Below, in pieces: positions 1 to 11,500 of a DNA stretch of 64,000 nt. Location of the stretch: the IMG/VR virus record IMGVR_UViG_3300035661_000005. One strand, given 5' to 3'. The position numbers and the translations under genes are program-made. Position 1 is the first letter of the stretch, and each line of letters starts with the position of its first letter. This DNA comes from a virus. Lineage: Duplodnaviria > Caudoviricetes. The notes below the pieces were generated by a model. That model was not told where the DNA came from, did not search any database, and was given only the letters and a program-made list of their open reading frames with translations.

Positions 1-1
1 G

Positions 2-679
2 CCCTGCACGGACTGCAAGCGGGCCTTCCCGTACTACGTGATGGATTTCGACCACCGTGACCCATCGGACAAGACGTTGGGTGTGTCCGTGATGGTCAAG
101 CGCATGTTCGCGTGGGATCTGGTGCTGGCCGAGATTGCCAAGTGTGACCTCGTGTGCGCATGCTGCCACCGGCTCCGCACGTACCACGGAAGCAACTGCT
201 ACAAGACCCGACGATTCGAGCAACACAAGCTCATCCTGGATGAGTTGAAGTCCACGACCCCATGCTTGGACTGCGGGGGGCTATTCAAGCCGAGTCAGAT
301 GGACTTCGACCACACGGGCACCGAAACGAAGAACGACAACATCGCTCGACTTTCGGGAGGTTCGACGGCCACCCTTGTCGCCGAGATCGCCAAGTGCCAT
401 CTCGTGTGTGCGAACTGCCACCGGGTTCGAAGCTTCACTGGGGTCCGACCTGAAGCTCCGGGTCACAACGAGAGCCTCGTCCGACGCTTCCATGAGATCC
501 TGGCGCGGGTGCCGGCTCCTGAAGACCAGCGTTTCGTACCCTTCCCGTTCCCCGAGCTTCTTGGGGTGATGTCTGACAAGGAACTGGCGATGATGACGGG
601 CATTTCACGCGAGATGGTGGCTTGGCACCGTCGTAAGGCGGGCATCATGCTGAACCGTCAAGGTCAAAGGGCAGCATGA
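2..679 (+). CDS. Tandem HNH-type endonuclease with C-terminal HTH (5'-truncated by window)
   Basis: Frame open from base 2 (PCTDCKRAFPYYVMDFDH). Two modules of the form PCxDC..MDFDH...IAKCxLVCAxCHRxR, then MSDKELAMMTGISREMVAWHRRK (HTH-like). Confidence 0.75.
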   Translation, partial: PCTDCKRAFPYYVMDFDHRDPSDKTLGVSVMVKRMFAWDLVLAEIAKCDLVCACCHRLRTYHGSNCYKTRRFEQHKLILDELKSTTPCLDCGGLFKPSQMDFDHTGTETKNDNIARLSGGSTATLVAEIAKCHLVCANCHRVRSFTGVRPEAPGHNESLVRRFHEILARVPAPEDQRFVPFPFPELLGVMSDKELAMMTGISREMVAWHRRKAGIMLNRQGQRAA

Positions 680-3240
680 GCGGGAAGAACTACGGACCGT
701 CCGTTTCCGGGTACCTCGATCCCTCTGGTCGAAACTGGGAGAACCCGGTCTTCCAGTCGGGGAAGCCTGTCCTCGACAAGGAGCTGAACCTCGTCGAGGA
801 CCTTTCCAGCGGCTTCGGTCAGTCGGCGCTGCGCCGGGCGATGCCCTCCGGGTGGCTGTCCGACGACTTCCTCTCGTCGTCCGACATGGCAAGCGCGATC
901 TTCACGCCTGTCCTGGCGGCGAACAAGATCACCTTCCCGAACCTCCGCGCACACGTCAACGGCTGGCTCCTTCAGGTTGCCTACAGTGGAGACAACACCC
1001 AGAACGCGCTCAACCTCGCCAATCCGCCCCCGACCGGCCTACGCACGGACCTCGTGATTCTTGAAGTCTGGCGCAAGCTCATCTCGGCCGCTCCATCGAT
1101 CGACGGCAAGAGCCCCGCCGCCAGGATCTGGCGCAACGGGAATGTGAAGATCGCTGCCGCGGATGATCTGACGATCAACATCGCCGACGACATCCTGGAT
1201 GGCGCGCTCGGGGCGGAGAGCACCAAGAGGGTCCAGATCCAGTACAGGCTCCGGGTCATCTCGGGGATCGACATCATCGCGAACCCTTACGGGATCAACG
1301 ACCCCACGGTCGTCGCGAATTCGGTTCCAGCCAGCGCAGTCGCTCCGGATGGGGTGGCCACGGTCTTCAATTACGTGAACCAGTCGCCCGCCGGTGACCC
1401 CGGCCTCTGGGTCGCGGGAGATGGCAATCCCGCGAACACGCTGGGCACGGTCGATGGGTACATGTACGCCATACCCCTCCTGGCGATCCCACGCCGGAAC
1501 CAGATGGCGTTCGACAAGAACCTGAACCAGAACGGCGGCGTCTCGTACCTGACCCCACCATCCGATCGTCCGGACGGGCTCTTCAACGACCTCATCGATG
1601 CCAAGGACATCATCGATCTCCGCAGCGGCGTCTCGCCGACCGGCTGGGACTACAAGGAGATCCTGGCGAAGAATGTCGGCTTCCTCCTGGACAACACGCT
1701 CCGGACCGAATGGACGTTGACGGGCATCGGCGGGGGCATGGAGGGTCACACGATCCTCTGGGCGGACGAGATCGGCTTCTCGACGGCGCACGGTGGAGAT
1801 GGGGTCGTCACGGGTGACACGCCGGGGGCCGAATTCGTCGCTGAATTCGACAACGTGCGTCGCTTCTTCTCGGATCGAGCCAACATCGAGGTCGTCACGG
1901 TCACGGTCGACATGCCTCTCGGAGGCTGGGTGGCTGGTGCAACTGTGACGATCTCGCCGACCAACCTCGCCGTCTACCCCAACGCGGGGTTCAACTGGTC
2001 GAGCTACAACCCGGCCGACATCATGTTCGTGGACATCCTGGCTGCGAGGTGGGTAGGCGAATCCGCGGGCAAAGTCACCCGCGACGCCCTATCCCACATC
2101 AACACGATCATCGGCCTCGGTGCCATGCCGGTCGGGAACGTGACCCTTCAGATGGGACCGCCCCCTGGTGGCGTGACCACCGAACGGCTATTCGTCGACC
2201 TGGTCATCGAGTGGCCCGCGGGCCATGGCCTCACGAAGACGCCGGTCGACAGCTTCGCCGTCCGGGTCAACAACCCCGCAGCGCTTCCGATCATCTACGG
2301 ATCGGGATCGGATAGCTTCGACTATCCCCACCGTGAGGTACGCCTTCAGTGGGTGACGAAGCCCGTCTCGATCACGCAGATGGCGGACGTCACGATCGCC
2401 ACGAATCCGTCCTTCACCCTACCGGAAAGGGCGCAGAGCGTCGGGACCGTGTTGAAGAATGCGGCCCCTCTCGTGGGTGCCGTGACGCTCGACCCGGATG
2501 GTCGAACGGTGACCTTCTTGAATCCGGCGGACTACACGAACCCCGGGGACCGGCTCGACATCACGTATGATGCGATCCGGCCGTACGAACACAACACGGT
2601 ACAGCTGACGCTGTTCTACAACGCCAGGGCGCCCCAGACGGCCAAGGGTGCGCTGCTGGGCACGAGCCTCAGCCTCATCCCCCGCTACATCGACGACCAC
2701 ATCTACACGATCACGGCGGGCTCTGGGTCCGCGGATGAGACCTACCCCTACCCGACGGGTTACAACCAGATCGGGGGCATCTTCCCGAGCTTGGCCGGTA
2801 CCTTCAATGGGGACCATGAGCTGAGCGCGGGGGCGAAGACCTACATCGCGGAATTCAACGCGACGACGGGCTTCCTTCAGCTGCCGGCCTTCATCGGCTA
2901 CGTTCCGAACCCCGAGGCGGTCACGTTCATCCGCGGGGTCGGTGACGTGGACATCGAGGGCCGTACCTTCTTCCCGACTGTGCCCGGCGGCTACATCCCG
3001 AACGCTTATGCCCAGCCGATCTCGGACAGCAAGCGGCACCGCAACTTCCTGCCCATGATCGCGGAGCTTCCGGCGGACAGCCCTCTCGGCTACAAGGGGC
3101 AGCTGGTCCTCGTGCTCCTGATCAGGGAGGCGCGCTTCGACAAGGTCAACGGCGTCTGGTTCGATCCGGATCCCAACTCGAGCACGACGGTCGCCAGCAT
3201 CTTCCGGATCAAGGGCAACCTGCTGAACAAGGTGGCGTGA
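676..3240 (+). CDS. Virion structural protein (baseplate/tail-type, DUF4815-like N-terminus), 854 aa
   Basis: N-terminal VFQSGKPVLDKELNLVED motif; G/P/T-rich beta-type composition; paralogous blocks shared with 14025-18404. Confidence 0.65.
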   Translation: MSGKNYGPSVSGYLDPSGRNWENPVFQSGKPVLDKELNLVEDLSSGFGQSALRRAMPSGWLSDDFLSSSDMASAIFTPVLAANKITFPNLRAHVNGWLLQVAYSGDNTQNALNLANPPPTGLRTDLVILEVWRKLISAAPSIDGKSPAARIWRNGNVKIAAADDLTINIADDILDGALGAESTKRVQIQYRLRVISGIDIIANPYGINDPTVVANSVPASAVAPDGVATVFNYVNQSPAGDPGLWVAGDGNPANTLGTVDGYMYAIPLLAIPRRNQMAFDKNLNQNGGVSYLTPPSDRPDGLFNDLIDAKDIIDLRSGVSPTGWDYKEILAKNVGFLLDNTLRTEWTLTGIGGGMEGHTILWADEIGFSTAHGGDGVVTGDTPGAEFVAEFDNVRRFFSDRANIEVVTVTVDMPLGGWVAGATVTISPTNLAVYPNAGFNWSSYNPADIMFVDILAARWVGESAGKVTRDALSHINTIIGLGAMPVGNVTLQMGPPPGGVTTERLFVDLVIEWPAGHGLTKTPVDSFAVRVNNPAALPIIYGSGSDSFDYPHREVRLQWVTKPVSITQMADVTIATNPSFTLPERAQSVGTVLKNAAPLVGAVTLDPDGRTVTFLNPADYTNPGDRLDITYDAIRPYEHNTVQLTLFYNARAPQTAKGALLGTSLSLIPRYIDDHIYTITAGSGSADETYPYPTGYNQIGGIFPSLAGTFNGDHELSAGAKTYIAEFNATTGFLQLPAFIGYVPNPEAVTFIRGVGDVDIEGRTFFPTVPGGYIPNAYAQPISDSKRHRNFLPMIAELPADSPLGYKGQLVLVLLIREARFDKVNGVWFDPDPNSSTTVASIFRIKGNLLNKVA

Positions 3241-3241
3241 G

Positions 3242-5461
3242 ATGCCGAGCAACAAGAACCCCGCCGCAGTGGTCAACCCCGGCTCCGGCAAGCTGCCCGC
3301 GGGGACTGTCACCGCCAGCTCGCTGACCTTCCCTCCCGGTGGCGGGGGAGGTGCTGCCCTACACGCCCACATCGTGAACCCGACCGATGCGCACATGGCC
3401 TCGGCGATCGGGATCCACCCGACGTACCCCTCGACGGGGCTGCCGATCCTATCGAGTGCGGGTGGGGTGGTCGATGGGGAGTCCGTGGAGGACTTCATCT
3501 ACCAGTTCAAGGATCTGATCCCGGTTCGGCCGAACGGCATCGGGTTCAACCTCTCGGCCGGCATCAACTCGGGCATCCCCTCCTGGGGAACCCTAGACGC
3601 CCAAGGAACGGGGTCCGGGACGGCGATGACGGGCGGGTGGCCCAATGGGACCAACAACGTCCCGAGCCACTTCGTGGTGCCTGCGGCGTCCGCGAGCTTC
3701 GACCTCTCGGGTATGGTCTTCCCGGCCGATCGCGGAGTCCTCGCCGTCTATCACAACATGGACGGCAACTTCTTCAACCCGGGTGCCACGTTGCTCATCG
3801 CGGCGCTCTACCTCGGAGCGGGGGTGCCTCCCGCAGGCATTCCGGGGGCCGCTTTCGATGAGACGATCCGACCAGGGCAGCAGCCGGACTACACGGCGGC
3901 GGGGGTGGGGCTGGACCTCCTGAACCTCACCTGGAGGCTCCCGTACCTCTCGTCCTACTCGGCGTACCCTGGTGCGCCCTACCTGCCCTACCTACAGAGC
4001 TTCCCTAACTACCAGCTCGCGCAGTACGCGCTCAACACGCAGACGCTCGCCGGTGGGGATGACGGCAGCTACCTCATCGTCCATTGGAAGGAGACGTACG
4101 CGACCTCGTTGGCCTTGATCCAGTCGACCAACCTGACACTCGCGAAGCTCGTCCCGGCCAACTGCTACTCGGCGACCCCCTCGGGCGGCAACTTCGACGA
4201 CAACACGCAGCCCGCCTACAACGTGAACCGACACCGGATCTACCGGGACATGCATTCCCCGGTGGCGCCCTCCCCGAACACCTTCTCATCGGCGGGCGCG
4301 GCGGGCGCTTGGTCAACCCACCAACTCTCGGGCGTCACCTTCGTCGACGACACCGGCTTCCAGTTCGACCTGAGTACCACGATTAACAACCTGTGGAACG
4401 ACTCCTACGACACGGGGGTCACTTCTAGCGCGCCTCACATCCCAGCTCAGTTCACCTCGGCCTTCGCCCCGCTGCGGTTCGTTTTCTCGGACTTCGGCGG
4501 CAGCGTCACCGACATCCCCTACTACATGATGCGCAAGCAGGGGACGCTCGTGTACTACTCCTCGACGAACGCACCCCAGCCTTCGGATGTGGCGGAGTAT
4601 GTTGGTAACAACGTCGCGATCTTCGGCGCAACGGCCAACTTCACGCCCAACAACGCCACAGGCTACAGCTCGCTTCGAGCGGACTATCACAAGCTCTTCA
4701 CGAGCAACCTCGGGGTCGTCGACCTGAGCAGGAAGTACCTCTACAACACCTTCCCCGCAGCGGGTGGTGTTCCTGGAAGCTCGACGCCGACCTTCGAGGG
4801 TTACGTCGACGAGCACTACAGGTACCGGACGTTGCACATCCCGTCGGGGAGTGAGCCCATCCTCCCGGCTGGTGGGGATGTCTACAATTCCACCCAGTCG
4901 CTCCTGGTGGACACGGACAGCTTGCAGATCATCGGCAACAACCTGGTCTACCCCCAGGAGGACTTCAGCGCGCCGGACTTCTACCCGAGCGGTGGGCCGA
5001 ACTACAGCGGGCTGCCGGGGTCGGACGGTGTGGGTCATCTCCGCCGGCACCTCCGGGTCTTCAACACGGGTCTCCCGCGCAACACGGGGAAGCTTCGGCT
5101 ACGGTTCCTCCCGCTGTTCGGTGGGGTGTCCTCGTTCACGACGGACGCCGCCTACAACGGTGCCGAGCTGACGGGACACGTGACGGGTGGGATGATCATC
5201 CAGGTCATGGTCCCAGGGGTGACGGGATGGCTCGACCTGGGCCGTGCCCTGGGTGATCCCGGCCTGTCCACCACGGACTTCTTCGGCTGTTCGACAGGCG
5301 TGCTCGTCTCCGGCCCCGACATCTTCGTCAGCTTCCAGACGACGGCGTTCACGGTCAACAACGGTGCGGGTGGGTACCCGCTGCTTGTCCGCGTCTCGAT
5401 GGTCAACAACGCGGCTGGTCGTGGAATCAGGCTCTCCGAGATGGAGTGGCTGGCCCCGTAA
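3242..5461 (+). CDS. Putative virion structural protein, 739 aa
   Basis: HIVNPTDAHMASAIG motif typical of tail proteins; composition and position within the structural cluster. Confidence 0.55.
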   Translation: MPSNKNPAAVVNPGSGKLPAGTVTASSLTFPPGGGGGAALHAHIVNPTDAHMASAIGIHPTYPSTGLPILSSAGGVVDGESVEDFIYQFKDLIPVRPNGIGFNLSAGINSGIPSWGTLDAQGTGSGTAMTGGWPNGTNNVPSHFVVPAASASFDLSGMVFPADRGVLAVYHNMDGNFFNPGATLLIAALYLGAGVPPAGIPGAAFDETIRPGQQPDYTAAGVGLDLLNLTWRLPYLSSYSAYPGAPYLPYLQSFPNYQLAQYALNTQTLAGGDDGSYLIVHWKETYATSLALIQSTNLTLAKLVPANCYSATPSGGNFDDNTQPAYNVNRHRIYRDMHSPVAPSPNTFSSAGAAGAWSTHQLSGVTFVDDTGFQFDLSTTINNLWNDSYDTGVTSSAPHIPAQFTSAFAPLRFVFSDFGGSVTDIPYYMMRKQGTLVYYSSTNAPQPSDVAEYVGNNVAIFGATANFTPNNATGYSSLRADYHKLFTSNLGVVDLSRKYLYNTFPAAGGVPGSSTPTFEGYVDEHYRYRTLHIPSGSEPILPAGGDVYNSTQSLLVDTDSLQIIGNNLVYPQEDFSAPDFYPSGGPNYSGLPGSDGVGHLRRHLRVFNTGLPRNTGKLRLRFLPLFGGVSSFTTDAAYNGAELTGHVTGGMIIQVMVPGVTGWLDLGRALGDPGLSTTDFFGCSTGVLVSGPDIFVSFQTTAFTVNNGAGGYPLLVRVSMVNNAAGRGIRLSEMEWLAP

Positions 5462-5510
5462 TCGGCGTGCAGAGCCTTTTATGGTCGGTCGTAGCTAGGA
5501 ACAAGATCAC

Positions 5511-8500
5511 ATGGCGGCCTCCTTCATCTCGACTGGCAGCTATTCGAACCTGACCCGCCTCGAATTGGAGCAGCTCCGCAAAGCGGACTTCTTCTCCGGT
5601 GGGAAGGCTCTGACGGTAGGCGACTCCGCCCTGCCTCCCGAGGGGGTGGTCGGCAAGGGGAACATCCAGGCCGAGCCCTACACGACGCAATCGTCGACGC
5701 AGCTCGACGATGTCTACTCCCTGACTGCCCCCTCGATGCCCGGAACGCTCATCGGCTCCCAGGTGTCGGTGGGTGCGCCCTCGGAGGTCGTGCAGTGGTA
5801 CGGCCCCGAGGCGATCACCGACGGGGTTCACGGCACCTTCACGGACGCGGTTCACTTCACGGACGCAACGACGAACTTCTCGCTCGTCGGCGTCGCCGCG
5901 GGGGACGTCCTCATCCTGCGCGGTCCAGTGGACGCGACGGTCTCGCCGCCGAACAACGAGTACACGACGGCAGTCGTCACGGGAGTCGCGGGCGCGGTCC
6001 TGACGCTCACCACGGTCAACAGCCCGGACGGTGGGCCGTACGTCGACAGCAAACTCTACGGGTACACGATCATCCGGCCCGGGGCGGTTCAGCTATTCGC
6101 GGTTCCCGGGTCCGGTCCGACCGGCGAAGAGCAGACGTTTCTGATGGTCCTTCCGGGGTCCACCCTGCATGGGAACCCTGGCCCGACCCTGGATCAGATC
6201 AACGCCGACCGGGTCGTCGGGATCGTTCCGCCGACCCTGACGGGTACGACGCTGAGGGATCGTGCGGATGCGGTCTACGCTGCGCCGGCTCCGCGTGGAT
6301 CCGGCATGGATCTCGGCTACCGCGTGATCCTCTACCCGGATAACGGGTCTGGGACGGCGCCGGATCTCACGCGTCCGATCACCTCGCTCAACCCGACGAT
6401 CGATCCCGCCATCCCGGCGGCCGATCAGCGGATGACGATCGACTACAAGGCGGGCACGGTCCGCTTCTCGTGTGCTCCGAAGATCGGCGGCGACATCAAG
6501 GTCGGCGGTGGAGTCGGACCGACCGGGCGTCTGAACCTCTACGCGGTCTTCTTTGCGTTCGACCAGACGCTCACCAAGGGGGCTGCCCGCCACCTCTGGG
6601 AGAGCCGTTCGGACGCCCAGCGGATCAGCACCCCGGCACGCGTTTACTACAACCGGACCACCTACGCCGGGTGGCGGATCACTGAGAACGCCGACGGGCG
6701 TGATTTCTTCGTCCAGGCACCTGACACCGATACGGACTACAGGCGCCTCGTCCGGTTCGGCGTGATCGATCCATTGGCCATGGACGGGCGCCGGTACTTC
6801 ACCTACGACCCGGAGCTTCTGCTGTGGCGCTTCGTCAGCCAGGACGTCGCGAATACGAATGATCGGGTCGCCACGGTCGAGCGAGCCGTCGCCGACAAGA
6901 CGATGACGACGGTGGGGGATGGCACCTCGCCTCCCATGTCCCCGGCGGACCTGATGCCGTGGGGCAGCTTCCGCGGGCGTCGGTACTCGGACTCCACCAT
7001 CGGCGCCTACCTCGGACTGAACATCAGCCGTGGGGACTACGGGGTCGTCCACCTGCGGCGCGGCAAGCACACGATCTCCGACACCCTGGTAGTCCCGCCC
7101 GGGGTCATCCTCGAAGGTGAGGGGGACTCGACGGTCATCGAATTCCTCGGGCTGAACAGCCCAGGGAGTACGGCTGCCAAGCCGGCCATCAAGTTCGGTC
7201 CGAACACTCCATGGGGCGTTTACGACCCGACCTACGACGGTAGCCGCGTCTACCCGAGTCAGATCGACGTCGCGGCGGTCCACATCGAGGGTTACCAGGT
7301 CGTCTGGAATTCGGTTCGCCGGGTCTGGGGTGTCTTCTGGGCGGACGCCACCTCGCGGGCCATCTGGTTCAACGAGGTCGGCCTGGACGGCAACTTCCTC
7401 CTACCCGCCCACGTCGATCTCAAGAGCAGCCCGGCGCTCCTCTGCACGACGCAGGATCCCCTGGGTCGCTACCACACGACGGGGCACTACCCCCGGGTCG
7501 CCTTCGACGAGGAGAACGACGTCTACTGTGTGACCTGGGTCCAGCAGGTGACCCTCGGTGGAGTCGTCGGGCCGCAGGTTTGGTTCGGCGCCTTCCAGGT
7601 AGAAGTCGATCAGCAGAACGAGCGTGTCACGCCGTTCATCCCGACGGTGACGGTGGTGCTGGCACCGGCTGCGTTCGAGGCGGCGGCCTTCTCGGATCAC
7701 CCATCGGTCGCCACTACGAGCAACCCGAGCGCCACGCTCAAGTATGCCGTCTGCTACTGGCGCTACGCCGTGGCGGGGTCGGCAGCAACGGACGTCCCGA
7801 CGAGCACCAGCATCGTCATGCAGACGGCGCCTGGTAATTTCACCTGGGGCACATCTACCCACATCCTCACGGCTCCCGCAGTCGTCACCTCGACCGACGT
7901 GGCGGCAGACGGGTGGGGCGGCTTCGAATTCGTTTGGTCGCGGCACACGCACCCGCTCATCATGGGCACGAACGGGGTCATCGCCCGGCCATCCGGCGTC
8001 GCAGCGAGCATTACGGCACGGACCGTAGGGGTCAGCATGACCCTCACGGGCCTCTCGGGGATCCTCCCCTCGTACGTGGGCCGGAAGCTCATCGTCTCGA
8101 ACACCGCCAGCGGGTCGAACACCGGCGAATTCGAGATCCTGACGTACGTCTCCTCGTCGAGTGTCATCGTCGCGAACAAGAACGCAGCAGCGCCACCGGA
8201 CGGCAACAACGGCAGCATCCACTGGGAGGTGGACATCGGGGCTTTCACCGATGCGAGCTTTCCCGACTTCAACATCTACCTGGGACCGCAAGCGGGGCGC
8301 CGCAGCAAGTTCCTACGTCTCGGGAAAGCCTTCCCGACGACCTACCTGAGCCTCTCCGACTTCTTCAACCAGGACAAGGCGGACATCTACGGCAACGACT
8401 ATATGGTCCAGCCGACCAACACCTCCACGGTGTTGGAGCTGCGGTCCCTACGAGACGGGTACGCCCCCGCTGCGCGCACCAACATCCTGCTGGTAATCTC

Positions 8501-11500
8501 CGGAACGGGTGTCAGCACGGGGGTCAACACGATCACCGACGCCGCGGTCAACTTCACGACCGCGGGTATCCAGATCGGCGACCAGGTGTTCGTGAATGGT
8601 TCCGTCAACCAGATCACTGGAGTGGCGGCGCACCAGCTGACCCTAGCGGATACTGTCGCGGCCTCGGGTGCGCTCAACTACTTCGTCTTCGTCGGAGCGC
8701 ACCACGAGCACTGGGCGATCTCGCCGCAGACGTGCATCGAGGGTGTCAGGTGGTGGCCCTCGGGTGTCGTGGACGCCAACGTGGTTCCGATCGCCGGGTG
8801 GGGATCTCCCTCGGCCGACACCGACGTGGTGCTTTCGGAGTACGAGCCGGACTTCGTACGGATCACGCGAGGGTCGAACGGGTTCCTCGTCGTCTACCAG
8901 GCGATGCGGACGACGGCGCAGCTGGCGTACCCCCTCGCCTACAACTTCGCGGAGTCCGCGGCGAGCATGTTCGCGTCCCTCCGGGTCAACGACTACTTCG
9001 CCCCCTATCGGGAGCACATCGGGACCAACTACGCCATCCTGAACGATGGTGGTCAGCTGACGGGTCCGAGCCCGGTGCAGACGACGATCAGCTACTCGGG
9101 GACGCTCTACCAGCGGATGCTCCGGGCCACGGAGGTCTCGAATCGGTCGCTCGGCACGCGGGGACCGATGGTCGACCGTCCGAACCTCTATGGGCTCGAC
9201 CGCAACGACGTCTTCCCGGTCAGCTGGAACCGCTCGGGGAACACCTTCAATATCGAGGTCGGCTGCATCAACTGGATGCACCGCTGGGACAACTCCACCC
9301 AGGTCCCGTCCCTCATCCCAGACGCCACCTGGACCGGAGAAGACTGGACGGTCGTCAGCCCCACGAAGCGCCACATCCACGGCTACACGGGCGTCTACAC
9401 GGTCGACGGGGGTGGGATCGTCACCTTCTACGACGTGACGATGTACTTCGGCACGGACACCCCCAACACCTCCGATGGGGTCTTCCAGCGGCGGACGATC
9501 GGGGTTGGGGACGCCATTTGGTTCCCCGGTAGTGGCGCCGTGACCATCACGTCCATCGTCGACGAGCACACGGTCGTCCTGCAGGCGGACGTGAAGGGCC
9601 TCGGCCCGGGTTCGGTCGCTTTCAACTGCGAGTGGGCACTCGAATCGCAGACCGACCAGGCGCTCTACGGCATCAAGAACGCGGGCTACCGTGTCTCCGA
9701 GGATGGTCGGGTCATCTCCTCGACCTCGTACATGACCTTCGCGGCCGAGTACACCGACAACGCGGGTGCGGCCGGGAACGGTCCGACTGGGCAGCAGGAG
9801 ATTCTGACCCGCACGGGCAGCGCCACCCAGGGTATGGCGCCTTCGGGTGCCCTCGCGCAGGTCTACACGGGCTACGGCGGTCTGCTCTCCCCCGGAACGA
9901 TCTACGCGGACTCTTTCCAGATGGGTGGCCGCTACATCGCGGACATCGGCTGGAAGGGTGTGGCGGTCGGCGAGCCGCTCCTGCCGACGAGCCGTCACTT
10001 GACGGAAGCCCCCATGGTGTCGATCGCCTGGGGCGAGAACATGTTCGCCTTCCTCGGGCGGGACACCACGACCTCGACCTCGACGACGAATCAGATCAAG
10101 CTCTACCGTCAGAGCTTCGGCCCGTACAACAACGGCATCCGGAACCTGAAGATCGTCAACAAGCGGACGACTCCGAAGGCATATGGCGCCCTTTTCTACG
10201 AGCCGCTTTCGGTCCTCAGCACCGAGTGGGTCTACACGCGGCACGGCGCTCCGTCGTCCGCCTCTGCGCGGTTCGACACGGATGGCTTCCGCAACGTCTA
10301 CGCCTACATGGGCGCAGCGGACATCAGCTACACGCCCGCCTACGGGCATCCCTCGCGGATCCGGTACGTCTACACGGACACGCTCGGGAGGGATGGTATC
10401 CACGTCGACGGCCCGATGGCGCTGTCGGAAAGCGCTCTGAAGGGATCTTTCGCTCTCGGTACCAACCCGCAGGTTCCCTTCCAGAGCGACATCGCTGGCA
10501 AATGGTACGGGGTCTCCTCCCCAAAGGTCGTCTGGGACGGTCAACGGTTCGTGGTCGCTTGGGCCGAGGGTGGTGGGTACGGCAGCTCGGGCGGCAACAT
10601 GATCTGCCTCTCGGTGGCCCCCGGTGACGAGGACGCTGGCTTCCAGACGACGGAGCTGGGCGATCCGAACGACCTGACGAACGTCCACCAGATCCACGCG
10701 GCGGCTCTCACCGACCTCCACAACGGGTCGAGCGTCACGCAGACGACGATCCTCGACGTGGCCTTCTCCGGGAAGAAGTACGCGGTCCTATGGGTCGCGG
10801 GCCTCGATACCCAGGGTGATGGGACGGGCACGATCATCGGGGTCACCATCTTCGACCAGCTCGCGCCCGGGTCGCACCACGGGAGCCTGACCTTCGACGA
10901 GCGGCCCCTCATGGGCGGCCTGTCCGGTGTGACGAATGGCACGCAGACCTACGACGACAACTCCCTGGTCGACAGCAACGCCTACTTCAAATCGACCGCC
11001 TTCGAGGTGCTGCCCGGCGACATCCTGATCGCGGGGAACCCCGGCGATGCGGCCTACGGCGTCTACCAAATCCGCACGGTCGACACGAACAGCATCACGG
11101 TCGACCGCAGCCTTCCGGCGCAGACGGGCCTGCAGTACGTGGTCAAGCGTCCGCTGATGCCGGCGGGTGGCAAGAGCTATGTGCTCGGGTCGATGCCGAT
11201 CTTCAACCAGTATGGGACGGCAGCATCGGTCAACCGCCTGGAGCCCTACCGTACGCCCAAGATCCTCTGGGATGGCAAGCAGTTCGTGGCCTCCTGGGTG
11301 GGGAGCGCTGGTAACCTCAACAACTACGCTGACGTGCAGTACAACGGAACGGCGTACGACTCGATGTACGTGCTCCCCATCCCCGAGGAGGGGCTCTCGT
11401 CCGGGGAGCAGATCGTCCAGGCTCGTTCGCCGGGCTCGAACGGGTTCCTGTGGCGGCCCCCGACCTCCGGGGCTCCGTACCTCCGTGAGGGTGCCCTCGG

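Noticed and set aside
8643-10721. Long antisense ORFs (also 16545-18467, 32300-34339, 44907-46961, 48450-50918, 61448-62101)
   Set aside because: Shadow frames of high-GC3 genes: R/G/V/D-rich, no motifs, fully overlapping well-supported CDSs.
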